A stretch of DNA of 64,000 nucleotides from Myxococcota bacterium (lineage in GTDB: Bacteria; Myxococcota_A; UBA796; UBA2385). Position numbers and translations under genes: made by a program. The first letter of the stretch is position 1; each line of letters starts with the position of its first letter. The notes beneath the pieces were generated by a model. That model was not told the origin of the DNA, searched no databases, and saw only the letters and a program-made list of their open reading frames with translations. Shown piece after piece: positions 29,601 through 37,601 of this stretch. The stretch spans positions 52,477 to 116,476 of the forward strand of contig JBIJDH010000025.1 of assembly GCA_044344255.1 (NCBI GenBank), written 5' to 3'.

Positions 29601-30041
29601 CCACTCCCACTCGGCCATCCGTGCCATCCCGGTGGTCGGGAAGGACAGGTTGCCGAGCACGAGGCCGGTCCGCGGCCCACCCGGGGTGCCCGCGTCCTCG
29701 AGCGCCTGACGAGAGACCTGGAGCACCCAGTGGAACAGAGGGTCGAGCCCGTCGAAGGTCTCGGCGGGCAGCGCGTAGCCGTGGGCTTCGAAGGCGAAGT
29801 CGGTGACGTAGCCGCCCCGATCGCTCCAGGTGTGATCGGGGCTCGGCTTGGTCGAGAGCACCTGGGCGCGGGGCAGCCCCCAGCGGCCCGCAGGCGCCCG
29901 CCCGAGGAGATCTTCGCCCGCCACCACCGCGCGCCAGAGCGCCTCGGGGCTCGCGGCCCCGGGTAGCAGGCAGGCCTGTCCGACGATGGCGATGGGCGCG
30001 AAGGGGCGCGCGAGCGGGAGGGGGTCAGCGGGGCGGAGCAT
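23601..30041 (-). CDS. pfa3: PUFA synthase subunit, Pfa3/PfaBC-like (KS-CLF-AT-FabA-type DH domains)
   Basis: KS triad DAACASG, ECHATGT, GNLGH; CLF VSAEEGS (Cys to Glu); AT GYSSG; DH motifs FAGHFKGDPCMPGTL and FKAHFFQDPVQPGSL. Confidence 0.9.
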   Translation of the reverse strand: MLRPADPLPLARPFAPIAIVGQACLLPGAASPEALWRAVVAGEDLLGRAPAGRWGLPRAQVLSTKPSPDHTWSDRGGYVTDFAFEAHGYALPAETFDGLDPLFHWVLQVSRQALEDAGTPGGPRTGLVLGNLSFPTTGMARMAEWEWLRAAGLPEVELRRAGLTPVDRRNRFMSGLPARLAAQALGLGQGGTAIDAACASGLYAIKLAAERLQDHEADVMIAAAVNRADDLFIHMGFAALQALSRSGRSRPFHKEADGLVPAEGCAALVLKREADALRDGDRIHAVIRGVGLSNDGRGGGMLSPSEEGQRRALQAAYAAAGLSPADIGLVECHATGTPVGDGTELRSMGSLYAGLHDVPIGSLKGNLGHLVTVAGIAAVIKVTEALRAGIRPPTLHAEAPNPALADGPFRLLHAAEAWDGPRRAAISAFGFGGNNAHLLLEAPGLSGDRSEGPTPEHAGRGGEGRGGAARAEACVVGLGAAGSFGADRAALTERLFAASPGPLPGLRTVALPLHDTRFPPRDLELALAQHTLVLAAGAEALAEVGRLPRERTGVYVGMGADPEVARWGARWRLPSLARAWGAEPEAIQQAQDSFAPPLPAAGVLGTMPNLVANRLSFQHDLAGPSFTVSAEEGSGLRALELALRALEAGEIDAALVAAVDLSDEPLHKLALEAMGLPSSEASDGAVALLLRRRDDPALAAPYAALRLAGPEEASPAGEVTLHTASRLGRPHAAAALFDVASAALCLHHRRLPGGAPWPLGLERRAGVDAPPTDARPGRVSLRALPGAVHGTRPAPILGRWAGDTVEQAIERLAGPPGGEGPARIVIAAADGPSFARRLAHARQALPLGRPGGPGVSVSASPLGGSLAFVYSGAAAAYPNMGRALLQDAPALAELSGASGEAPWAAVLAEGWGLDGLDTRQKLTGSLALSAMWTALAQRALGLEPDALLGYSSGETAALICARQPADWGPSLAAAERSHLFTEQLGGACRAVAEAWGLSSVDWAVWNLRAPVAEVEAALAPEGARARITVYNTDQDVVVAGEAAALRRVAARFDRSRCNNLDYPVVAHVGEAKGAEADWRRVHAWAAEAEPQAVGPRVYGGARPAPYDPHSLDAIEQLWAQATGPVDLRASMRQAWQDGVRVFVELGPGGSCSRWIDELLGDQPHLALSLDRKAHPVEALVEAAGALLAAGVEVSWERLLTLLSPRPAVLPGPTRAYPAHPTAPRYPAPTAAEPAERPLPAWAPPPTGAAAMPPAPRLPPLLEGVDLAEPEAAPAAQAPTFAEPEAAPVAPLLAGAVEMLERVHRVHLDYLSGQSALHRQFLEQQARGQARLLAAMGVAEEQAPAALPVPPPVAPTGERGAAFTMDRAALAVHAGGQISTVFGPRFAEQDAYPRQCRMPEPPLLLADRVTDLVAEPASMGRGVVWTETDVRADSWYLHQGRMPTGILIESGQADLLLISYLGCDLLNRGERVYRLLGCDMTILGDLPSPGETLRYEIHVDGHARQGDVRLFFFHYDCTVNGVPRIRVRGGQAGFFTTEELAASAGILWDPATAVAAPDARLDPPAITGAPARYGPEALRAFAEGRPWECFGPAWAPCKAHVRTPNIQGGQMLFLEAVTAFEPTGGPWRRGYLRAETEIHPDDWYFAGHFKGDPCMPGTLMFEGSVQALSFTLAALGFTVERDGWRFQPVTGETVPMRCRGQVTPSSKRLVYEVFIEELISGPLPTVRADLLCTVDGLKAFHAKRFGLSLVPDWPLGAQPELLLTAPDPRAATLPNGHRFDQDALIASAIGRPSAAFGHGYARFDGPERAPRLPGPPYHFISRVTEIHGEFGSMQAGIRAVTEYDIPQGAWYLDDSGAMPFAVLLEAALQPCGWLATFVGCTLGAEQELFFRNLDGQLTLVGEPSRTLRPGQGPLTAELGLERLSRSAGMILVAFTVSLRVGPHPVGSMSTVFGFFPAAALANQAGLPCPPAERARLSAASAPVGEGALRRDGRLRLLDRVTGWWPEAGELRAEKAVDPLSWYFKAHFFQDPVQPGSLGVEAMLEALEAAHRLHFGLCGAPAGGYSLVPGSLSWRYRGQVRPGDGDVVITATGLTFGGDAERGWVRGGASLWIDGKRIYEASELGLAYQAPGPLGPGHSSVTTLPRFG

Positions 30042-30073
30042 GGGCCGCCGCCTATCCCGAGCCGGCCGGGGTC

Positions 30074-30120
30074 GTCTCGGCCGGAGGTCTCGGCCGGAGG
30101 TCTCGGCAGAAGGTCTCGGC
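30074..30120. repeat. 13-bp direct repeat x3.6 in a divergent intergenic region
   Basis: gtctcggccggag x2, gtctcggcagaag, gtctcggc. Confidence 0.85.
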
Positions 30121-30186
30121 GGGGGAGGGCAGCGCCGGGCCGCCGCGGGCGCTACGCTGTCACCGAGGTGCCGGTTGCCCCGCCTG

Positions 30187-31842
30187 GTGATCGAGTCGTC
30201 GTCCTGTGGCCCCGGTCTCGGCGCCCCGCTCACCCGCTGGGCTCGCCTCGGCGGCGCCCTCGCCGTGGGGCTCGTGGGCTGCGGCGAGGCAGGCCCCGAC
30301 TGTGTGCTCCCCGCATCGACCACCGCCGACGACAGCGCGGAGGGCGAGGGCGCTGAAGACGGCTGGATCTCCGCTGGCCCGGTCTCTCCCTGCGCCGATC
30401 CCGCGCCGACCGCCGCTTACGCCGACCGCGCGGCCGAGTGGGGGCTCGTCGGCACCGTCGATCCCGACACCCTCCACCTCGACGGCGGCGGGGCCGCCGT
30501 GGCCGACTTCGACGGCGACGGCGCTGTTGACCTCGTGCTCGCCAACCGCGACCGCGACCCGCTGCTCCTCCGATGGACCGGCGCCGGCTTCGCCGCCGAG
30601 CCGCTCGCCGGGGGCGCGAACGGCACCTCCACCGCGGCGATGCCCCTCGACGGGGATGGCGACGGCGACCTCGACCTCGTGGTGACCGCCACCGCCGAGC
30701 TGCTCTGGTACCAGAACGAGGGGGGCACCCTCGTGCTCGATCCGGGTCGAGTGAGCGGCCTGCCCCCCGACGCCTTGCCCGGCCTCGCCCCCGCCGATCC
30801 AGACGGCGACGGCGACGTCGACCTCCTGGTCGCGGTGTATCAGGCGACCAGCACCCTCCGCGGAGATCGCCTCCTCGTCAACGACGGCGAGGGCCGCTAC
30901 ACCGCCGCCGAGCTCTTTGCCGGTGGTGAGGGCGGGGCCACCTTCCAGCCCCTCTGGCTCGACGCCGACGGAGACGGCGACAGCGACGCCTACTTCGTCA
31001 ATGACCGCGGCCCGACCTCCGGTGGCAACGCCCTGTTCCACAACGAGGGGGGCGCCTTCGTCGACCGCAGCGTCGGCTGCGGCTGTGCGCCGACGGTGGG
31101 CGGCATGGGGGGCGACGTGGGGGACGTCAACGGGGACGGCGCGGTCGACCTCTTCCTCGCCAACTCGGACGCCTGCGCCCTGCTCCTCAACATGGGGGAG
31201 GGGACCTTCTTCGACGCCGCCGTCGCCCGCGGCGCTGCCCAGTCGGTCACCCCCGGCGACCCCGACATGGTCTGGGGCGCCGCGCTCTTCGATCGCGACA
31301 ATGACGGTGACCTCGACCTCTTCGCCGCCCACGGAGACCTCTACGACCCCGCCGACCCCGCCTCCACCCTCATCGACGTGCCCGACGCCCTCCTCGATCA
31401 AGGACAGGACGGCACCTTCCACGACGTCGCCCCCGCCCTCGGCCTCGACGCCCTCGACTCGAGCCGCGCCGTCGTGCCCTGGGACTGGAACGAAGATGGT
31501 CTGCTCGACCTGCTGGTCACCGGCATCCACACCGACCCTCACCTCTGGGTGAGCGAGGCCTGCACGGCCAACGCCTGGGTCGAGCTCGACCTCGTGGGGC
31601 GGCGGTCGAACCGCTACGGTCTCGGCGCGAAGGTGGAGCTCACCGCGGGGGGCCGCACCCTCACCGCCTGGTCGCGCGCCTCGGCCGGCGTCTTCGCCGG
31701 CCGCGACCCGCGCATCCACCTCGGCCTCGGCGACGCGACGCGCATCGAGCACCTCCGCGTCACCTAGCCCTCGGGGCGGGTCACGGAGGCGGAGCTCGAC
31801 ATGGAGCCGCGGCGAAGGCTGATCCTCACTGAGCCCGATTGA
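30187..31842 (+). CDS. CRTAC1/ASPIC-UnbV family FG-GAP lipoprotein with in-frame TAG at 31765-31767 (truncated allele or sequence error)
   Basis: Lipobox GLVGC; DxDGDGDxD repeats; SNRYGLGAKVEL...HLGLG; LRVT*PSGRV where xVxWPSG is expected; frame continues to TGA at 31842. Confidence 0.85.
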
Positions 31843-31846
31843 GTCC

Positions 31847-31892
31847 GAGGTCCACTATGCCCCCCCCTATTTTCCGCACGCCCTCCACCATG
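31847..31892 (+). repeat. ~46-bp direct repeat, left (degenerate) copy
   Basis: gaggtccactatgcccccccctattttccgcacgccctccaccatg matches 32735-32781 with a few mismatches and a 1-nt deletion. Confidence 0.9.
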
Positions 31893-32342
31893 CGCCCCCT
31901 CCCACTTCCCATCGTGCTGCTCGCTCTTGTGTCGTGCGGACAACCGGCGCGGCGGGACAAGACCCCCGATGGGGAGAACCCGCCGGACCACTCGGCTGCG
32001 GGGAGCGACGGCTCGGCCGATGTTGGCGACACCGGCGACACCGGAGCGGGCGAGGCCGAGGACACGAGCGGGATCGACAGCTGCGACTGGCCGGATATCG
32101 GTATCTGCTTCGAATTCGTGGACTATGACGACACGGAGGGCTGGTGTGAGGCGATCGGCGCGATGTATGGGGTTTCGGTGCGGTATCTTCCTGACCCCTG
32201 CGCCACGGACTGGGTCGGCGCCTGTGCCCTGCCGGCGGAGGGTGACTTGCCGGTCGAGTCTATCGCCTATTATTACCCTCCTGGCTTCGATCCGGCGAGC
32301 GCAGAGGCGACCTGTATGAGCGCCGGGGGTGCGCCGATCTGA
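31890..32342 (+). CDS. Small six-Cys-domain lipoprotein (paralog of 51784-52299)
   Basis: Lipobox LVSC; acidic linker; GIDSC..CFEF..Y.DT.GWC...C...CALP...YYY...A...C...GG. Confidence 0.85.
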   Translation: MRPLPLPIVLLALVSCGQPARRDKTPDGENPPDHSAAGSDGSADVGDTGDTGAGEAEDTSGIDSCDWPDIGICFEFVDYDDTEGWCEAIGAMYGVSVRYLPDPCATDWVGACALPAEGDLPVESIAYYYPPGFDPASAEATCMSAGGAPI

Positions 32343-32734
32343 TTTGCCCGGTGCCTGCGTGAAGGGGCAGCCATGGATGCTGTAGTCCCGATGCGCTCCC
32401 TCGTTGACGAGGGCCTCACGGTGCGCCCTCTGTGGGGCGATCCATCGATCGTCTCGGAGCCATTCGCTGTTTCGCTCCGCCCTGCCCAGTCCGATTACCT
32501 GGTCGTCGGCTTACCTGGTCCTCGGCGAGGGTCACCCGCTCTACTCCCTCGTCATCGGCGCCAATGGTTGCGTGGTCTCGGCGAGCGGGAAGGAGAGCGA
32601 CTTCCCGGTCAACACTGTGCCCTCCTGTGGGAGCGCTCGGCGGATGCGGGTGCAGGTTCTACCACCCAAAGGGGCCTTCGGGATCCTCGATTGGCCCTTC
32701 ACCTTCGTCCCGGGGTAGAGGTGCTGCCGAGCTT

Positions 32735-32781
32735 GAGGTCCACCATGCCCCGCCCCTATTTTCCGCACACCCTCCACGATG
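32735..32781 (+). repeat. ~46-bp direct repeat, right (intact) copy = RBS and first codons of the downstream gene
   Basis: gaggtccaccatgccccgcccctattttccgcacaccctccacgatg. Confidence 0.9.
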
Positions 32782-32999
32782 TGACCCACGCGGTCGACGG
32801 CGGTCTCGGCCTCGTCGTGGGTGACATGCCCGACGGCTCCATCTGGGTGCTCAAACGAAACCGGAAGGAGCCCGGCTACGTCCTCACCCACTTCCAGGAT
32901 GCGCAGCGCAGCGCCGTCCTCTCCACCGAGGTGTTCGGCGAGCGGCGAAGCGCGGTGAACGCGATGGCGGCCGCGATCGGGCTCGACGAGCGCCTCTGA
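32745..32999 (+). CDS. Small hypothetical protein (84 aa)
   Basis: GAGGT RBS, ATG 32745, host-like GC-ending codons; MPRPYFPHTLHDVTHAVDGG... Confidence 0.75.
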   Translation: MPRPYFPHTLHDVTHAVDGGLGLVVGDMPDGSIWVLKRNRKEPGYVLTHFQDAQRSAVLSTEVFGERRSAVNAMAAAIGLDERL

Positions 33000-33090
33000 A
33001 CCTCGGACCCCACGCGGTTCGTTGGTTGAGCCGAGACTTCAGCCCGGCGAGGTGAGGAGTGAAACCGGCTCACCCTGGTCGATGAGCGTC

Positions 33091-34047
33091 TCAGCCCTCC
33101 CAGAGGAAGCCGTCGCTCGACTCGACCACCTGACAGGCGGCCGTCACGCTGAAGGGCGTGAAGACGATGGCCATGTTGCACATCTCGTCGGTGGCGCTGG
33201 TGCCGTAATTCACCGTCTCTTCGGACTCGTTGACCCAGGTGCAGGAGAACTCGAAGCCCTGGCCGGCCGGCACGAACATCCCCGGGTTGTACTGCTCGAT
33301 CTTGGGATCGTGCCAGTCCTCGTTCGTATAGAAGACCTCGCCGGTGGTCGTGCCGTCAAAGGGGGCGATGGTGAACCGCGTGGCCCGGGCGTGGGCGTGA
33401 GAGGCGAGGAATTGGACCTCGACGTCCTCGTTCATCACGCAGCGGGTCCACTCGGTGGCCTCGCTCGCGGGCGGGAGCACGATGTGCTCGTCGCGGACGC
33501 TGCCGCCCCAGATGCCGTCCACCACCTCGTCATCGGGGATCGTATAGGCGTTGAGATAGGAGTAGAGCGGCACGTCCTCGCTCGTCGGGTTGACGTAGTG
33601 GACCTCTTGCATGACCTGGATGCCGGCCGGGAGCTGCGCCGCCACTCCATCGGGCAGGGCGAGGGTGCCCTCGGCGTCGCCCTGGTTGCCGAACATCATC
33701 ACCATGTCCTGCATGATGGAGGAGTCGGCGTAGAGGTCTTCGCAGTCGTAGGTGCCGGGCGCGATCGGCGTCTCGGCGAAGGCCGTGGTGGAGAGGGTCA
33801 TGTGGTGGGTGCCGGCGTTCTGCAGGTACTCCACAGAGTTGACGGAGGCGGTGGCCGTGGTGGGCAGGTCATAGACCGAGCAGAGCCAGGTCTCGGCGTT
33901 GGCGGGCGCCAGGCCGAACATCGACACCTGGAATCCTGCGCCCGCCTCTGGGGGCGTGAGGGTGGGGACGTCAGCCTCGGAGCCCTCGCCGGGCTCGGCC
34001 TTCTGGCTGTCGCTGCAGGAGAGGGCGCTGAGGACGAGGAGGATCAT
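33091..34047 (-). CDS. Copper type II (PHM/DBH-like) monooxygenase lipoprotein
   Basis: GTHHM (CuH), EVHYVN, ASHAH and DEMC (CuM ligands); lipobox ALSC. Confidence 0.88.
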   Translation of the reverse strand: MILLVLSALSCSDSQKAEPGEGSEADVPTLTPPEAGAGFQVSMFGLAPANAETWLCSVYDLPTTATASVNSVEYLQNAGTHHMTLSTTAFAETPIAPGTYDCEDLYADSSIMQDMVMMFGNQGDAEGTLALPDGVAAQLPAGIQVMQEVHYVNPTSEDVPLYSYLNAYTIPDDEVVDGIWGGSVRDEHIVLPPASEATEWTRCVMNEDVEVQFLASHAHARATRFTIAPFDGTTTGEVFYTNEDWHDPKIEQYNPGMFVPAGQGFEFSCTWVNESEETVNYGTSATDEMCNMAIVFTPFSVTAACQVVESSDGFLWEG

Positions 34048-34159
34048 CGGGACTCCGATCGGCGGGGATGGGGCGGTGCGCGGCCCTGGGAGGGTACCAC
34101 GCCCCTTCGGTCGAGCCAGCCTCGACCCCACCGCGCTCGACCTGTGGGATACTCGGCCG

Positions 34160-35323
34160 ATGCTGCCCCACCCCGCCTGTACCCTCCGCGCCGACCTCCC
34201 CGGCCGGTCCCCTTCGGCCTTCGGTTTGTGCTGCCTCGCTCTCGCGGTCGCCTGCAGCGGCGGGTCGGAAGGAGAGAGCGACAAGGGCGCAGGTGACCCG
34301 GGCGGAGACAGCGGGGGCGCCGGCCCGGCCGCCAATTGCACGCCCGTCGCCCCGACGGTCGATCTCGCCGATGGGCTCGCCGGCCACCGCGAGGACAGCG
34401 TCACCCACACGCCGGCCTGGGCCGAGACGCGCACGGTCCCGCTCCACATCTGGTACCCCACCCAGGCCACCACGGGGGAGGCGGTGAACTACCTCGACTT
34501 CATGCCCGATCCCGACAGCCTGGGCGGCGCCTCGGTCGACCTGCCCGCTGACGGCTGCAAGCTCCCCCTCGTGCTCTATTCGCATGGGTACCAGGGCTGG
34601 GCCGGCAACGAGACCGACGTGCTGCGCCAGTTCGTGCGCAACGGCTGGATCGCCGCCGCCCCTGACCACACCGGCAACACGCTCACGGGCAACGTCGAGC
34701 CCGTGCCAGTGGGCTTCGACCTCACCCGTGTGGCCGACCTCCAGCGGGTGATCGACCACCTCGCCGACCTCCCCGAGGGCGACCCCCTCCGCGGGCGGAT
34801 CGACACCGACCACGTGCTCGTCCTCGGGCACAGCTACGGCGGCCAGACGGCCTGGCTCCTCGCCGAGCCGGACTTCGATCCGGCCCTCGTCGACGCCGAG
34901 TGCGCGGGGACGGAAGGGGGCTGCACCGAGGCCGAGCGCGCGGCCTTCGAGAGCCCCGTCTCCGAGCCGCGGGTGGTGTCGGTCGCCCCCCTCGACGGCG
35001 CGGCCAACTCCCTCGTCTCGGCGAGCGGATGGGCGCGTCGCACCAAGCCCGTGCTCTTCATGAGCCGGGAGAGCGACGACGCCGCCGAAGCCTATGCGCG
35101 GGCGGCGGGGGAGGGGGTCATCTGGATGATGCTCTCGGGCTCCTGCCATGAGTCCTTCACCAGCACCCCGGTGGCCTGTGACCTCTCCAAGGAGGTCAGC
35201 CTGCCGATCGTGAGCGAGTGGCTGCTCGCCTGGGGGGCGACGACGGTGCAGGGGCAGAGCGGCTACGCGGACCTGCTCGCCGGGGACCGCCTCGTCTCCG
35301 AGCTCACCGTGGTCACCCCCTGA
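34160..35323 (+). CDS. Alpha/beta hydrolase lipoprotein (PAF-AH/dienelactone hydrolase-like)
   Basis: IWYP, PLVLYSHG, APDHTGN, GHSYGG nucleophile elbow; lipobox AVAC. Confidence 0.88.
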   Translation: MLPHPACTLRADLPGRSPSAFGLCCLALAVACSGGSEGESDKGAGDPGGDSGGAGPAANCTPVAPTVDLADGLAGHREDSVTHTPAWAETRTVPLHIWYPTQATTGEAVNYLDFMPDPDSLGGASVDLPADGCKLPLVLYSHGYQGWAGNETDVLRQFVRNGWIAAAPDHTGNTLTGNVEPVPVGFDLTRVADLQRVIDHLADLPEGDPLRGRIDTDHVLVLGHSYGGQTAWLLAEPDFDPALVDAECAGTEGGCTEAERAAFESPVSEPRVVSVAPLDGAANSLVSASGWARRTKPVLFMSRESDDAAEAYARAAGEGVIWMMLSGSCHESFTSTPVACDLSKEVSLPIVSEWLLAWGATTVQGQSGYADLLAGDRLVSELTVVTP

Positions 35324-36624
35324 GCCGCCACCTCCGCCAGGGGCCGCCGGGCGCGGGGCGGGGAGCGCTGGGCGGGGCGCTCCTCGCCCTCTCCGTGGCG
35401 TGGGCGAGGCCCGCCGCCGCCACCTGCGAGGCCGCGCGCAGCGAAGAGCCGCAGCGGGCCTTCCTCCTCACGACCTACCGCGGCGAAGGGGCCGAGACGG
35501 CGAGCGGCCACAGCGCCCTCTGGATCTCCGGCGGGGGCCTGCCGAACGGGGTGGTCTTCAACTGGGGGGCCTACGACGGCTCGCAGCCGACCTGGTGGTG
35601 GCACTTCGTGAAGGGAGACCTTGACTTCTGGGCGGCGGACGAGCCCATCAGTAAGGTCTACAAGCGATCGAAGGCCCGGAACCGGAAGATCCTCGCCCAG
35701 CGGCTCGACGTGCCCTCGGGCGACCTCGCCCGCCTCACCCGCGAGCTCGCCCACCTCTCGCTCCCGGAGAACCGGCACTATCGTTACGACTGGTTCACGG
35801 CGAGCTGCGCCACGAAGACCCGCGACGCGATTGACCGCCTGCTCGGCGGGGCGCTGCAGGCGGCCACGCAGGGTGAGGCCGAGAACACGCGCCGCGACGA
35901 CATGCTCCGCCACATGGACATTTATTATCCGGCCTGGTTCGGATTGAATTTCCTGTTGTCGGGCTATCACGACCGGCCCATCTCTCGCTGGGACGCGATG
36001 TTCGATCCGGAGCACCTCGTGGAGGAGGTCGCGGCGCTGCAGGTGCAGCGCTCGGGCGGGCTCGGCCCCCTCGTCTCCGAGACCTGCACGCTGCGCGAGT
36101 CGGACTGGCCGGCCACCCCGGCCAAGCCGCCCGATCGGCGCCTGGCCCTCTGGGCGGCGGGGGCGGGCGTCGGGGGGCTGCTCTACGGCCTCGGCCGGGC
36201 CGGTCAGCGGGTGGCGGCGCTGCGCTGGGTCGTCGGCGGGCTGGTCGCGGCCTGGGGCCTCCTCGCCGGTGGGCTCGGGCTCGCCGTCCTGGTGATCTGG
36301 CTGAGCACCACGCTCCCCGGCCTCGGCCCCACCGAGGCCTGGTTCCAGGCGAGCCCGCTCACCTTCGGCCTCGTGCCGGCTGGGCTCGCCTTCGCCAGAC
36401 ACGGCGTCGCCGCGCCGGCCTGGGCAGGGAGGATCGCGCGGGCCCTGCTGGGGCTCGGGCTCCTCGGGCTGGCCCTCGACCCCTTGCCCTTCTTCGAGCA
36501 GGAGAACTTCGACCTCATCGGCCTGCTCCTCCTCCCGCTGGTCGGGATCGCCGCGCTCTTCGGGCCCTGGGGGCGCGCCGCCGCCGCCGCGACGGCGGTG
36601 GCCGGTGAGGCCCCCGCTCGGTAA
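35320..36624 (+). CDS. DUF4105/Lnb-like membrane protein (lipoprotein N-acyltransferase family)
   Basis: GHSALWI, VFNWGAYD, YRYDWFTASCAT-x-x-RD, four C-terminal TM helices. Start uncertain (CTG overlapping the previous stop). Confidence 0.8.
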   Translation: MSRHLRQGPPGAGRGALGGALLALSVAWARPAAATCEAARSEEPQRAFLLTTYRGEGAETASGHSALWISGGGLPNGVVFNWGAYDGSQPTWWWHFVKGDLDFWAADEPISKVYKRSKARNRKILAQRLDVPSGDLARLTRELAHLSLPENRHYRYDWFTASCATKTRDAIDRLLGGALQAATQGEAENTRRDDMLRHMDIYYPAWFGLNFLLSGYHDRPISRWDAMFDPEHLVEEVAALQVQRSGGLGPLVSETCTLRESDWPATPAKPPDRRLALWAAGAGVGGLLYGLGRAGQRVAALRWVVGGLVAAWGLLAGGLGLAVLVIWLSTTLPGLGPTEAWFQASPLTFGLVPAGLAFARHGVAAPAWAGRIARALLGLGLLGLALDPLPFFEQENFDLIGLLLLPLVGIAALFGPWGRAAAAATAVAGEAPAR

Positions 36625-36651
36625 GCTCCGGGTCTCCCTTCGTGAGCTGCC

Positions 36652-37572
36652 TTGCCCCGCCTCCCCCTCCCGCTGTTGCCCCTGCTCATCGCCTGCGCTT
36701 CGGCCGAGGGCGTGGGGGAGCCGCGACCGTCCCTCGCTGAGCCGCTCGTGGCGGTCACTCCCGCAGCCCCGGCGGTCGCGCCAGCCGCTCCGGCGGTGGT
36801 GCCTGCGGCCCCGGTGTTGGTGCCAGCGGCCCCAGCGGTCGAGCCTGCGGCCCCGGTCGCCGCGCCGCCGCCCGCGCCGGTCGCCGCTGCCGTGAGCGCG
36901 GGAAAGTGGGTCCGCCCGACCGAGGCCTCGGTCCCCAACATCGCGCCCGGCGCCGCGACGGCCGGCCTCCCCCCGGTCACGCGCCCGGGCCTCAATCCTG
37001 CCATCCTCGACCTCGTGCAGCACTACCCCCTCGGCGCCGCCAACCCTTACGACTGGAAGCGGGGGATGAACACCGACGGGGTGAGCCGCGACCTCCTCTG
37101 GCGCGGGGTGCCGCTCGCCCTCGCCGCGGGGGACGCGGGCGTTCACTGCTCGGGCATCACCTGGGAGGTCTACATCCAGGCCCTCCGCGACGCCGCCGGA
37201 GAGGGCGCCGGCCCGAGCGCCGAAGAGCTGCTGGCGGTGAAGGAGACCTGGTACATCCGCACCCCCGACGAGACGGGCCCGGTCGGCGCCTTGGCGGGCC
37301 ATGGCCTCGGCGCGCTGGTGCCCGACGTCGCCTCGCTCCGCCCCGGTGACATCGTCCAGTTCTGGCGGAACAGCGGGAAGGGGCACAGCGCCGTCTTCAT
37401 CGAGCACCGGCGCAACCGCGACGGGTCGATCCGCGGCCTCGTCTACTGGAGCGCCCAGGGCTCGTCAGGGGGCATCGGTCGCCGCATTGTCTCTTTCGGT
37501 GAGGACGTCAATCAGGTCACCCGCCTCTACGCGGTGCGCGCCACCGCCCCGGCCGCCGCTCCCGCGGGGTAG
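36652..37572 (+). CDS. Lipoprotein with Pro/Ala linker and NlpC/P60-like Cys-His domain
   Basis: Lipobox LIAC; VHCSGIT..., PGDIVQFW...GHSAVF. Confidence 0.75.
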   Translation: MPRLPLPLLPLLIACASAEGVGEPRPSLAEPLVAVTPAAPAVAPAAPAVVPAAPVLVPAAPAVEPAAPVAAPPPAPVAAAVSAGKWVRPTEASVPNIAPGAATAGLPPVTRPGLNPAILDLVQHYPLGAANPYDWKRGMNTDGVSRDLLWRGVPLALAAGDAGVHCSGITWEVYIQALRDAAGEGAGPSAEELLAVKETWYIRTPDETGPVGALAGHGLGALVPDVASLRPGDIVQFWRNSGKGHSAVFIEHRRNRDGSIRGLVYWSAQGSSGGIGRRIVSFGEDVNQVTRLYAVRATAPAAAPAG

Positions 37573-37601
37573 TCTGCCGGCCTCCGCTCCGAGGCCGCCT
37601 G

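Noticed and set aside
25728..29966. 1412-aa plus-strand ORF and other long antisense ORFs (11698-14190, 37833-40535, 44929-47553, 53094-55469)
   Set aside because: These are mirror frames of well-supported genes, expected at this GC content, and show no recognisable motifs.
31765..31767. Pyrrolysine or genome-wide TAG recoding
   Set aside because: TAG ends other genes normally (1369-1371 is TGA, but 20453-20455 and 37570-37572 are TAG), no pyl genes are seen, and the expected residue is Trp, one base change away.
32373..32734. ORFs 32373-32999 and 32404-32718 as intact genes
   Set aside because: No recognisable motifs and atypical codon use; possibly a frameshifted remnant. The supported gene starts at 32745.
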